The notes below the pieces were generated by a model. It saw only the letters and a program-made list of their open reading frames with translations, had not been told where the DNA came from and did not search any database. Of a DNA stretch of 64,000 bases, positions 1 through 12,751 are shown one piece after another. The stretch lies in assembly GCA_028023455.1 (NCBI GenBank), contig JAQFVV010000010.1, positions 14,818,001-14,882,000 of the forward strand, written 5' to 3'. How positions within the stretch are numbered: the stretch's first letter is position 1; each line of letters begins with the position of its first letter. This DNA comes from Epiperipatus broadwayi. Taxonomy: Eukaryota; Animalia; Onychophora. The position numbers and the translations under genes were made by a program.

Positions 1-2396
1 CTAGTGGACTAGTTATTCTAATACATAATGAGCTCCACTGAATATATCTTCATTCAGTACATATTAATCTGATCATGATTGAGTAATTTATAACAAATAA
101 TTATCACTTGTTTCTTTGGCTTCCTGAGTTTATACTAATACAACCCAAGTATTTCCTCTAAAATATATGCACAGTGCCAATGATATAGTAATGATAGAAG
201 TTAGAAATGAGTTAAAGATTTGTATTTTATTGTACACCATTAACTTTTATTAAACAGTAATTAGAAAGGTATTATGTGCAATACTATGTATAATTTTTAA
301 ACAAAGAAAATACATTGTATTTTTAACAAAAATCACACTAGAATAAATTATAAAATTAAACATTTATAAAATGACAAATTGCTATTTTTATTGAAAGAAT
401 AAAATGAATATAAATTTCCCCCCCCCCCCCCAGCATTTAGCTGACTAAAAAAAAACCTGGAGAGCAGATTTTTAAACATGTTTATAAATAGTTTTTTAAT
501 AAGATTTTTTATGACGTAACATAATTTAGATTGTCAATTTTAATGACTGATATATATATTGTACATATGCCATATTTAAATAAATATTATGATTGTCATG
601 CTATAGTTTCAATTAAACATTATTTACATCATTCAATTTATCTTGAATCATTTTTGCATGCTGTATTTTCAGAAGCTAAATTAAATGCTTTGGAGAAAAA
701 TAGTTGCAAATTAGCATTAGAACTTAATGATATTAACATTTCTAATGGCTATAAATAATTTCTTGCTAGGCAGGATTTTTTTTTTTACCAACCTTTTTTA
801 GAGGAACAAATTAAAGAAATCAACATTATTCACTAGCCTAGTTAATAATAATAATCCTCTAGCCTAGTTAATAATAATAAATTGTCAAATAACTGTTATG
901 ATTGGCTATGTTGGATAGGAAATAATTACCACAAAACATTCTAAGTATATTAAAATCTTCAACTATCTGAAAAGATTTACAAATTCCATGCAGATTAGAA
1001 TCTCAACTTGTAGACATGACATGTGGAATTGCTAATGTACCATGAAATTCTTTCTGTAATAATCTAGATGACTCCAAATATTGAAGTACAAGAATAAATT
1101 ACATTTAGGATATTAGAAGCATTAATGGGAAACTATTATTAATCTTAGAGAAATATTAATGCTTAGTTGTGATAATATTATCGCCTAATTATCTTTACCT
1201 ATTTTCAGGTGAACTTATCAAAAACTACTTTAAAATGGATGGAGTCCAGTTGTAGGAAAAGTGATAAAACAAATAAACAATTTTAGAAGAAACAAGTTTA
1301 TCAATTCTTAAATCCAACTCAGCTAGGTCTCTTATTAGGAAAAGAAATTTTTTAGGTGATTTTATTAAAAATAATTGAAGTTTTTTTTTAAAAAAAAAAA
1401 ACAACAACATAAAATGAATTATCTGTTTTTGTTTTAATTTTTTAAAACCATTTATAGTTCAAGTTATTTTTAAAATGGAAAACATTTATTGTAGGAACAG
1501 TGGAACAAAATTTAAAATTGAAGATTTTTAAAATTATTTTTTCAAGATGTTATTAAAAAGATTTTTTGTATTAATAAAATAACTTCATTATTTTGCAATA
1601 TATATCTAAGTAGGATATGCAAAAATCTTTTATTAAGGAGATGGCAAGAAAAAACAGACCACTAGAAAGGTTTTTTGTTCCTTGTTTATAATAGTATTTT
1701 ATTGATTTAATTTTACAAATATTTTTAATATTAATAATAAAAATAATTACTTCTTTTATTTACATTACATGTTACAAATTGTTAAAAAGTACAGGATATT
1801 TAAAGTTGTACAGTAACATGAAATAGTTAAATGATTTATTGCATGGCGGTTGTGATAATTACAACCCCCGATTTATGAATCTTGAATTCCAAGGTTCATC
1901 AATCTATCCTTATATTAAACCACACAGATCAAAGATATAGTTAATTTATACCATTAATGTTTGATAATTTTATATTTTATTAAATATAATGCATCTTATT
2001 CTGAATAATTCATTATAAACTGATCCCAGAATAGTAAAGAAAGAAAAATATTTAAAGAAAGTAATTTTTGTTGGGGTGTTGTTTTTTAATCTTGATATCA
2101 TATAGCAAAACTGTTAATGTTTTAATCATAATTTATTTATAATTTTGTTAAAAAACTTCTTTAGCTTGTTTAATAAAATCTGTTATCAAGATATTCCAAC
2201 ATTATTATTTTTCTCTTCATTTTATTCATATTGCAGTTCTAAAATAAAAACATAAAAATGTTCTATTTCAAATTAGAAGAATTTTGAAATAATAGTTTGC
2301 AATTATTATTATTATTTAAGGGGCCTACTTATATTGAAAATACACAATAAAAAAATCTAACATCATTACAATAATCCTAAAATTCTATATTAACTT

Positions 2397-2634
2397 ATCA
2401 CATTCATATCGGCTTTTTCAAACCAAATTGTGCAAACGCTTTTTGCGAGTGTTAAATAATAAATGAATACCCTCTGACCCATACAAGATATAGAATTTAT
2501 GCAGCAATAAAAGATTCCTTTTATTGCTGCATAAATTCTATATCTTGTATGGGTCAGAGGGTATTCATTTATTATTTAACACTCGCAAAAAGCGTTTGCA
2601 CAATTTGGTTTGAAAAAGCCGATATGAATGTGAT
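2397..2634. repeat. Perfect 238-bp palindrome (117-bp arms, 4-nt loop), core of fold-back element P1 (about 2399-2676)
   Basis: 2397-2513 is the reverse complement of 2518-2634, with loop ATTC. 2633-2670 continues as the reverse complement of the 5' part of the unit seen at 2696-2740. Confidence 0.95.
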
Positions 2635-2691
2635 TACAATTGTATACAGACGCTATAAAAAATAAATGCTGATTTATATATTAACTTATGT

Positions 2692-3459
2692 AAATGAAGC
2701 ATTTATTTATATAGCGTTATGTTTATAAATTGTAATAAACTAAAGATCAGCTTTTCAAGCTAACATACATGCGCTTTTTACGAATGTTAATACTAATAAA
2801 TGAATACTTTCATTTCCAACACAAGATAAAGTCTTTACAAAAGAATAAATGAATCCACTCATTCTTTCAACCCAAATGCTTATATATGGGCAAATCTTAA
2901 GTACTGGATATGAAAGCATGAGGATAAACCAATCACTTTAAATTACTGTTTACTATGTCTGAATGAATGACGTCCACGGAATTATCTAGAATTTACGAAA
3001 CGTCACTCTTAAATGAAACTAAACATATGTAAATGAGGCATTTATTTATATAGTGCTATGTTTATAAATTGTAATAAACTAAAGATCAGCCTTTCAAGCT
3101 AACGTACATGCACTTTTTACGAATGTTAATACTAATAAATGAATACTTTCATTTCCAACACAAGATAAAGTCTAGTTTCATTTAAGAGTGACGTTTCATA
3201 AATTCTAGGTAATTTCGTGGATGTCATTCATTCAGACATAGTAAACAGTAATTTAAAATGATTGGTTTATCCTCACGCTTTCATATCCAGTACTTAAGAT
3301 TTGCCCATATATAAGCATTTGGGTTGAAAGAATGAGTGGATTCTTTTATTGTTTCTTAAAGACTTTATCTTGTGTTGGAAATGAAAGTATTCATTTATTA
3401 GTATTAACATTCGTAAAAAGCGCATGTATGTTAGCTTGAAAGGCTGATCTTTAGTTTAT
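2692..3459. mobile_element. Fold-back element P2, structure A-B-A-B(rc)-A(rc), with 15-bp TSD
   Basis: A unit of about 146 bp at 2688-2833 is repeated at 3027-3173. 2735-3021 is inverted at 3174-3459. Direct repeat TATATTAACTTATGT at 2677-2691 and 3460-3474. Confidence 0.85.
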
Positions 3460-4321
3460 TATATTAACTTATGTGAGTTTGTACATGCGTATAAATATAT
3501 CCACATATTTTTCTACCATTTTTTCAAAAATCCAATCAACCTAAACAAATAAAATGCCAGCATCTACTTGGGTAATCAAAATTTTGAAGTCGAGATATTT
3601 TGTTTTAGACCAAGGTAATTTTAGATGTATGGCAAACCTAATGAGCAGTTTTTAATGTAATTCCTGTATAAATTATGAATTTGAAAAATCAGATATAAGC
3701 ATATGTAATGATTATTATATTGATGCTCAAACTGTTAATTATAATAGATAGACAAGTTATGCAGAATTTAATGTACTGCAATTATGATATCTCCTAGAAT
3801 ATTTTTTTAAATCTTAAATATACAGTATTTATATTTATTATATGTGTAACAAACCATTATTATTTTTTCTCTCATTTGCCAATTTCTTTTACTTTACTAT
3901 CTTCAGTCATTTAAGTTAGATTAGGGCCCATTTGTTGTAACTTATTATGCGTAGTCATCCTTTTCCATTAATTGTAAGAATGGTAATGCATTTCTGTGAA
4001 ACCATATTTTTACCCTTGACTCATATGCACAATAATTTATTCAGATTTTATGCATATTGAACTTGATTAAGCAAATTAATATTTTTTAAAAATAAAAAGT
4101 TCCATTAAAAGCAGTAATTAATTTTATCTTGCTTGGGTAGGAAACATATAAGAAAAAGACGGGGAAAACATAATGGAATCATTGTATCCATTATCTCAAT
4201 ATCAATCAATTCACTTAATTATAATATATTAAAATAAAACAATTAAAAATTTATAAAAAAATAAGAAATTTAAATTTTCTATTTCACTTTACAATTACTA
4301 AGTATTGTGGTTAAAAACATC

Positions 4322-4522
4322 TTAGTTTATTACTAATAAATAACTCAAGATATAGTGGATTTTTTTTTTTATATAGTTCAGTATGTAAATGAATGCATCG
4401 TCATTTTTTATGCAATCTATGCCACATAAATTCGCCAGGGTATGAGTCGAGGTGTTGCCTTGATGTTCCTCACTTCTGCCCCAAAGTCTTTCAATGTTTT
4501 GTGTGTGAACAACCACATGCAA
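4322..4522 (-). pseudogene. Merlin/IS1595 (ISXO2-like) transposase C-terminal relic
   Basis: Translation VHTQNIERLWG...G.S...L...(D)AF.IL..IK resembles the HTQxIExxW motif after the catalytic residues of IS1595/Merlin transposases (recalled motif, not searched). Confidence 0.5.
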
Positions 4523-5327
4523 AAATTTTTGTAACCGACATTAAGAAGTTATGAAAACAAAAAAAAAAAAAAGGGGGGGGGGATGAACACTACGTCTACT
4601 TGCGCACTTAAAATCAAATGAACTGGAGTAACTCAGAAGTAGAAGTAATGTAGAAACATTTGGATGAAGCAAAAATGAAATGAGGCTGTTGTCAGAAAGA
4701 AATATGGACAATTACTGAAATGTCGAAATATCAAAAAAAAAAAAAAAATTACATTTTGATAAAGAGAAACATGTTTTCACAGGAGATCGAATAACATCAC
4801 AGGGTTTATTTCACTTAAATTTGACGTAATGACAAGATTACACATTTATTGCAGATATGAAAAGGCTACCATCTCCCCTACATTGCAGGAGTAATACCTA
4901 AGTACCAAAAATAATTAAATAGAATAAAGTTTTAGCATAAAATCTGATCATTATGAGCTTCTCATACCATTGGTCATCTTGTCTGTTTGTACAACCATAT
5001 TTACATTTTTCAATTATGTGTTATTCGTTTTTTCTTGTTATAAATATGTGTTAGTGTATTTATATCACAAAATGTTTTCTATTCACCCCTCCCCCATTAT
5101 CATCAATGACATCATTGTATATACTTCATAATAAACTTAAATGTTTATCAATTTAAAAATCTGTTTTATTTTACTATCAAGAAATATTTATATATATATT
5201 TGTTCAGCTACTCTTGTTTTTCTCAGTATAACATTACTGGAATTTGCAAGATTTTAAGACTACACTAATAACAAATCTGCTATATTGATATAATAAAAGT
5301 TCTTATTGATTTGTAAAGAAATGTAGT

Positions 5328-5484
5328 TATATATTAGACTTGTTGCGCGTACTTGCTACCGCCGTATCTTTCTCCAGTAGGAGTGGGGGTGGGGTAGTGG
5401 TGAGTTTGTGACGTGAAAATGCTGTATTAAAAAATCGCAACTACGGCATCCCGTCGCAAACACGAGCAGCGGGTCTAATATATA
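5328..5484. mobile_element. 157-bp CpG-rich MITE-like element with about 40-bp imperfect TIRs in TA context
   Basis: TATATATTAGAC at 5328-5339 and GTCTAATATATA at 5473-5484; similarity continues for about 30 more bp (ttgttgcgcgtacttgctac vs ccgctgctcgtgtttgcgac). Confidence 0.55.
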
Positions 5485-5523
5485 TTAGTACCCTATTTTG
5501 TTATTGCTGTTCTCAGCAGACTG

Positions 5524-5563
5524 ACCATGAGTAGGATGTGAAAACATCGAAAGTATACTCTAT
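5524..5563 (+). ncRNA. Putative minimal type-I hammerhead, A3:U8 core variant, copy 1 (helix I 3' strand decayed)
   Basis: ACC-ATGAGTA-G-GATGT(GAAA)ACATC-GAAA-GTATAC-TC: perfect helix II with GNRA loop, GAAA, palindromic helix III AGTATACT, UC cleavage site. Part of a ~95-bp repeat shared with 37759-37855. Confidence 0.55.
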
Positions 5564-7040
5564 ACAATAAATATTATTAAATTTTATATTTAAACTCTGT
5601 GTGACTATTTTTTCACGTTGATAGTACATTATATATTTTATTCTTTATATATATTAAAAATTATTACAGTTATTGTACCAGTTTATCAAAAGTAAAATTT
5701 CTAAATTTATTGATCTTGTCACTTTTTGAAGGTTTCACGATATTTCCCTCTCCCCACCAAACATTTAATCCTTTTCATAGAGATCAAAGCAGATAGTTTA
5801 ATCTGTTCTTGAGAGTGGATTCTTAGCAAGAGCTTAAACAGTTTTCCATCCCCTTTTTAATTGATTCTTAGTTATCCTTCTATAGAAAGATTTCTTGAAA
5901 ATATTGAAACCACTTTGCATTCATTGAGAATAAAGCATTTTAGTCACCTCAGTTAAGAATCGTACTGCTGACATTTTAAGAATCCATCAGTAGAAACAGA
6001 GGAATTGATGAGAGTTTCTGGCAGCGAAATATATTGCTAAAAGTTTCTTTTTAAAAGATTAAACAGAATGAAACTACCATTTGACTTCTCAACTCAGTGA
6101 GTGCTTTCATGACATTTTTTTTTTATTATTGTTGATTTTCTCCTTTGACTATACTTCTTTCTCTTTCTTACCTGGCTCTATCTTACATTCAAAATAAAAT
6201 GATTTTATTGTATATTGAAATATAATATCTTAAGAGCTGATAGCTTTTAAGAAAAAAGAATAATAATAAAGTGGTCATTATTTGTTTTCTGGCAGACCAA
6301 TCTAATCTAGATTCAAGAAAAGTATTTTTGATATTAAAAACATTTGGACTTTTTAATATATATACTTCGATTTAGTGCTTGTATGTATATTATTTGTGTA
6401 TATAGATAATCTAATCAATATATATTGTTCTGCAGTTTAGTTAATTTAAATCAGCTTGGTAAAAGCTATTGCAGTACGTGGAAGTATCAAATAATTAAAA
6501 ATAAAAAAGGTAAATGTTTGTGTATAATGTAAGTTTGGAATTGTAATATGATCCTAAAATGACAAATATTGTAAGTTAAATTCTAATAGCAATATAGTTA
6601 TTAGGTAACAAGAATACTGCTGCCAAGAAATAATATTTGATCATCTTCTGTGTTAGTTTGTTCTATTTTTTATAGTCTTAATAAAATTAGGATTCTACAA
6701 TAAGTTATAGTAAGAGAGTGTGCGGCATGCCATTATTAAACCATCATGATTTTGATCAAGTTTTATCTCTTGATTATATTATTGTCTTGTTGTTACTGTT
6801 TGTCTTCAATAAAGAACTAATCTACTCTATCCAAAGATGATGTTTGAGTTGGGGTATTTTTTTCTTTTCAATAATGACTATATATGTATAGAACTGTGTA
6901 CATTTAATCAATAACTTTGAAAGTATACAACTAATAAAAAATGTAATTAAACTTATAATAAATAAAAATATTTTTTCACCTTATAGTTTTTATTATGCGT
7001 ATTGTTTATGCAGATTTTTTTTTTTTATTATGATCGAGGG

Positions 7041-7373
7041 CAGGGGGTCCCCAACCCTATGCCCGCGGGCACCATGGCGCCCGCAAAACATTTTATGTGT
7101 GCCTGCCGCTATCCTAACACAATAAAAAATTATTTATCTGATACAAATAAATTTAATTTTTAATTTTTTTTAAAAATTATTGTATTATATTGTAATCAAA
7201 TTGTAAGGCATACTATTCTTTTACAGCGTAAATAAATATTTTTTTGTACATTATGTTATGTGTATTATTAACAATATCCAACTATAAATTTACATTGAAA
7301 AAATAAATGGTGTCCGCCACCTGGCGGGTATTATAGAATGTGCTCTTAAGTGCAAAACGGTTGGGGACTCCTG
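7041..7373. mobile_element. hAT (Buster/Charlie-type) MITE, 333 bp
   Basis: TIR CAGGGGGTCCCCAACC / GGTTGGGGACTCCTG; 8-bp TSD atcgaggg (7033-7040) / atctaggg (7374-7381); homologous copies at 57270 and 62778. Confidence 0.9.
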
Positions 7374-8559
7374 ATCTAGGGAAAAAGGCAACCTTGTCTT
7401 CAATCAACAAAAAAACAATGTTTATTGCAACTAAATGGTGTCTTAATTTACTATTTTACATATCTATATTGGATCTATAGATCTAAATAAATTATTTATA
7501 GATAATATAGGCATTTTTGACCAATCTAAGATGAATAATCTTAATGATTATTTTTTTATATATTGTATTAATATTCCTATCTACTTAAAAATCAGAAATG
7601 CCTTTAAATAGCTCTATATTCCGTAAAAGCCTTTCCTACAGTTCTCCAAAAAAGAACTGTGGCAGAGAAGCCCTTATTACCAGATGATGTTGATTTAAGA
7701 TTTTTCATTCTTTCCTTTTATTTTCCAACTAGAAACAACTAGTTTATACTGTGGATCAGATATCTGAAAGAAAATTATGGCTTATAAGTTAAAAATTTCC
7801 AAGTGATTCACATTCCAAAATCATTAGTTGGCATGGAAATATGCTAACCTCTACAGCATGAAACTCTACATATTTATCTCTTGGTTATACAGTATATATT
7901 TTTTAAGAGTGAAAATAATTATCAATAATGATATGGTCCCGGTCTCAAAAGTAGGATATCTTCCAAACGTCCAAACTTGATTTTAAACTAATTTTTTTCA
8001 TTATAAATTATTATTTAATACAAGAGGATGATTATATTCTGCAATTTGAATTTTAAATGACTTCAAATTTAGGAATTGTTTGCAGAACATATATTTAGAT
8101 AATATTTTTCAGGTGACATTTTTTAAAGAAATATTTCCAATTATTAATAAATCATAAAAGTTATTATTAATTCAACCAGAGTAAATTTTTATTAAAAGTT
8201 ATCTATGTCTTAACTATAAATAGCTTTTTTTTTCAATGCTTGATACATTTTTTTTTTTTGCGTGGGTGTGTGTTTTTTTTTTTTAAAAAAAATGACAGGG
8301 AATTGTCATTTTTGTATCTAAGAAAATAATAATAATAAATTAGTTGTGATTATTTTAATTTCATTCTACACTTTCCCATTCTAAACACTCAGAAATGATG
8401 GATAAAGGGTGCCATCTGAACCACCGTTCAAATTTCATATCACTAAGCCAAATTACAGATAAAAATATATATATACTTTCCATAATTGCTTGGCATTTAT
8501 CACAATTTTTTTTATTCTAAAGTAAATAATCATGTGAAAATAAGGACAAAAATGAGAGC

Positions 8560-9000
8560 TAATTAATTGTTGTTGTCATTAAATTATCTGCCATAAATTT
8601 GCTTTCATACACCATAACAAATCATCTCCAAGATCATTTCTTATTTCATTTTTTTAATACTTGTAGCTAATCCATCTTTAAGATCCTTAATTTGCTCCCA
8701 TACTTCCATTTCTTTTTCTCTTACTCTTTGCAATTCTTTTTAATATCTTTCATAATTTCTTTAAATAATTTAATAAAAGACTGATTAACCATTGCAATTC
8801 TCATTCTATTTTTTTTTTCTTCATTATTTCCATCATTAATTATACAGCTTCCCAAACATTTAAAAACATAAACTTACTCTGTAACTTAATTGTTAATGAT
8901 TTTACCTAGCCACATTTTTTATTGCTTTAGTTTTATTTGCACACATTTCAATTCCAAACATAATACAAAGTTTTTTCAATATTTTTTTTTTAAACCCCAT
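8560..9000 (-). pseudogene. Highly decayed RTE-like LINE RT C-terminal fragment
   Basis: Frameshifted pieces GIEMCANKTK, VYVFKCLGSCIINDG and RIAMVNQSF resemble the FKYLGS.I..DG...EI..RIAMA..AF motif of RTE-clade RTs. Confidence 0.4.
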
Positions 9001-9540
9001 CCTCATAATCCACACCACCATTCTTGGTCATCTTATTACCAGACACTTGTAAAATAAATAAGTAAAAATAAGGATATGCACCATGTGGTTAAATTTAAAT
9101 TTTATTAGTAATTTATTTATAATAAAATATCAATCAATTTTTCTGTACCAAAGCAAAGCATCAGAAACTCCCTTCCAATTGACATCTACATTAAAAGCAA
9201 CAGCTCACTCTATGTTATTTGATCATAGAGCCAGGTACATGAATTTGAATAATCATTAGATAATTCAATGCTTTTCACTGAAGAAGACCAATAACAAGAA
9301 ATAAGCTTGAATGTTGTTAATTATCTCTGCTTACATACATGAATGTAGGGTGACCTATAGCGGATTACTGTTTTAATGAAATTTTGATTATAGAATAGTA
9401 ATAAAAATTGATTTAAGACTTACAATACATGATCAATTATATTATAATTATTTTTTTTACTTATCTAGCTGTTGCTATTATAGAAGGAATTTTTGGCTTA
9501 TAAAAGCTGCTCAGATCACTACGAAAATGTAGCAACTTTA

Positions 9541-9712
9541 CTCACACAATGGAGCAAGCTCTAGTAATCAATAGATGCTAGAAGGTTGTGCATATAATCC
9601 CTATCTACTGTCTACTCATCCAATATCTCCAGACTAGTTTTTAGTTTGTGGCTTTCATTGGTGAGGAGCCATGGACCTGAGAGCAATGCACTTAGATCTT
9701 TGGATCTAATGC
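9541..9712 (-). mobile_element. HHR family F copy (decayed core)
   Basis: Reverse complement reads ...ggctcctca-CCAATGA-aagccacaaacta-AAAA-ctag-tc-tggag..., then the same tail as 15088-15180. Confidence 0.75.
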
Positions 9713-10746
9713 TTGTGTAAGCATAAGAAAATGTGGTTATATGATGTTATAAAAATGTATTAATTTTAATATAATTGTCAGACGATTCTTGTGCAATCTT
9801 GAGACAATCATTTAGACTATGGATAATGGTGAATTTTGAGACTGACATATTGTGACAGCACTGTTTCACATAACTAATTTATTAGAAATTTATTATGCCA
9901 TCCAACTTTCTTGGCTGTGATCTGAAGTTCAATTGCAAGTTAGTTGAAATTTTTTTTAATGTGGTAAGCAGCTCTAGATTTTGATTTTCTGATAATCATA
10001 GCTAGCCATTGAGTTAGTTTTTAAATAAGAATGTATTTAACTACAATTAAATGTTACCAGATTAATCTGAATTAGTCACATTATTATCATTGCAATGATA
10101 TAAAAATATAAGATGCAGCCTTCATGTTTATGGATATATAGAAGTACAAAATATAGTACGTTTTTTTCTTTTTATTGTATGGATAACACAGTACAATATT
10201 TTAAAATGACAACATATACAACTTTTGGAAGTCTTTGTAGATTAAATAATATCTTGATTAATTGCCTATACTGTTTATAATTTTAAGTACGATATCACCA
10301 CTAATATAGAATCTGTTTTGATTTAATCCCATCACAGAAAATTAAACTTCTCTTACAATCTTTGCTTTTACTAACTCATTATTGTTTTAAAATACACCAT
10401 TACAAATTATTATTATTCTGTTTTCCATTACTTTTATCTACTATCATTAGTTCTGAAGCATTACTGTAAATGGATGTTTGACAGGTGTTGAAAAATTTGA
10501 GGATGAAGAAAGCTCACTTTTGTAGCAGATACAAGCTAAGAAAAGATAATAAGAAATTGTTGACTACTCTGATTACAATTGTCATCTACAGAAAGGTCCT
10601 GCATAAGAGGGATCAGAATGACTTGCAGTCACCATGGGTATGACAATAAAATTGGCAAACAAGATCTTTGAACATGCATCAGATTTTCAATGATATTGGT
10701 GGCTGAAGAGTGAAGAAGATTGAAGCCTGTCCATTATTATTTGAAA

Positions 10747-10960
10747 TTTGCTATCTTAATTAAACTGAGCACTGATTATATATATGTGTGTGGGTGTGTG
10801 TTGGAGATGATGTTCTGGATTAAGTGATGAGTGCTGGTTCAGCCCAAAATACATATATTGGAAATCATTTATCTTTTTCGTATTATGTGGTCATGGGTGT
10901 CTGTTGTAGAAGATGGAATGGATGACTAAAAGTAATTTGAAAATCTGGGTTTAAATCTCC
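10747..10960 (+). mobile_element. HHR family G copy (decayed core GTGATGA...AAAA)
   Basis: Aligns by eye with 40047-40584 and 50269-50490; taa-GTGATGA-GTGCT-ggttc-AGCCC-AAAA-tacata-ta-ttgg at 10821-10861. Confidence 0.75.
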
Positions 10961-12751
10961 TCTAATAACACTAAAGAAGTAAATAATATAGTGAAATATT
11001 AACTCATTAAATGAGTGAAAATTGTGAATATCATTTGAACCCCACACTTTGGCTTCATTGCAACTACAATTAGCAGCCATCACCCTCAATTGTTTTCTTG
11101 TTTGTGCTCTGTCATATCACTTGAAAGACTAATGACAGTTATTAAATAATGGTTATTTCAATTTTATTTTTCATTACATTTTAATTATAAATTTAACCAA
11201 CAGAACTTGTGTAAATAAATTCTAATTCTTTATTTTTATTCTATACAGTTTTTAATCTCATCATATTTTATACAATAGGTCTTCAGAACTTTGAACAGTT
11301 ATTTTCATTCTGCATTTTCCATTCTTGCAAATACTGGCCTTGCTTATTTTGTTTCATACTTTATAGTTTTGACCATGTAATTTTTATTATTATAAAACCA
11401 ATCAATCCGTTTAATTCTGAAATCATTTCATAATCTAAAGTTTATTTGGAAGAAGATTGCTTTAATATCTGACATGTTGGTATTGACATTTTTCCAGTTC
11501 TGAAACCAACAATAACACTTCAACCACTGTAGCAAGATTTTTTTTTTTTAATTTCAAGCTATAATATTATACTTCTAATATATATATATATATTATTTTT
11601 AAACAAATATTTATAATTTACAGAATACATTCCATCATATGTATGATTATTTGAAAAACAGATTGATGATAAAGTTTTTACTTATTGTAATTACTTCAAC
11701 ACATGTTGGTGTGTGTGTGTATATGTAGAAACCAAGGAAACAAATCAGATTACTCATTTTTAATATATATATAAATTTATACAGATCTGTCTTTATAGAT
11801 TCTAATAAACTTATATTAATAAAAAAAGAAACATTCATGTTGGGTATATATATATATGTTAGAAGCATCATGTTTATATAAGTTTAGTATCAGTGTTGTT
11901 TAGTTCCAAACTTTTACATAGTTACCAAAATTTATACATAATATCGAACATTAAATAATGTTTTAATATATATATATAGCACATGTTTTTAACATATACT
12001 GTACATGCATAACAATGATACAATGTAATTTAAAAATTATACATATTAAGGCACCAACTATATAAGGAAGGAATAGAATAATGCAATTATGAGAAAGACA
12101 GAAGAAGAATAAATTGAGAGAGGGTGTGCACATATGTTTGTTTAGATCTCAAATTTAGGTACTTTTATGTATTAATAGCAATAGACACATGAATTAGAAA
12201 AAGAAAAAAAAAATGTTAAATATTCCTTTGCACAAAACTGGTGATGATAACAATTTGTGCCTAAATTATGAAGTGTTTCATTTATAAAAGTGCTTTATAT
12301 GTATTTCTGATCTATATAAATATTTCCTGCAGTAAATGGCTGGATACCATTTGTTTCAGGAGATACTTTGATAAAATTTTTATATTTTTTGATGCAATGT
12401 GTTACTGTCTACAGATTATTTTTGTTTGTATTCTCAACCACAAGTTTAATGGTTTTTGAGTCTTCACTGAATATTTAGAACATACTATGGATGTAACTAA
12501 CAGTTTCAGAAGTATAAAGAAAACCTAGCATGATTTTTTTAATTATCAATTCCATGAATGCACAATTTGTTTTTATTGAATAACCAGTCAATTACAGCAT
12601 CAGTGGTTCTACTTCATACAAAATTTTGTTTCTTTCGGATTTGACAGAATTAATATGGATTAACTTTGTTATTCTATTAATTTTCAAGTTTACAGCAGCA
12701 AATGCTAGTACTACTGTTGCAGTAATGCTTATTGAGAGTATGAAACACTGC

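Noticed and set aside
531-758. This and most other 60-120 aa ORFs in the track
   Set aside because: Composition (I/F/Y/K/N/L-rich) is what AT-rich non-coding DNA gives; no motifs. Several are just antisense or alternate frames of TEs or SINEs.
832-879. Direct repeat CTAGCCTAGTTAATAATAATA x2
   Set aside because: Simple local duplication with no further structure.
4700-4735. GACA...TGTC-GAAA-TA-TC, HHR-like 3' half
   Set aside because: No 5' core and no second copy.
9272-9315. CTGAAGA-AGACCAATAACAA-GAAA as a hammerhead
   Set aside because: Helix II cannot form and the UH register is wrong.
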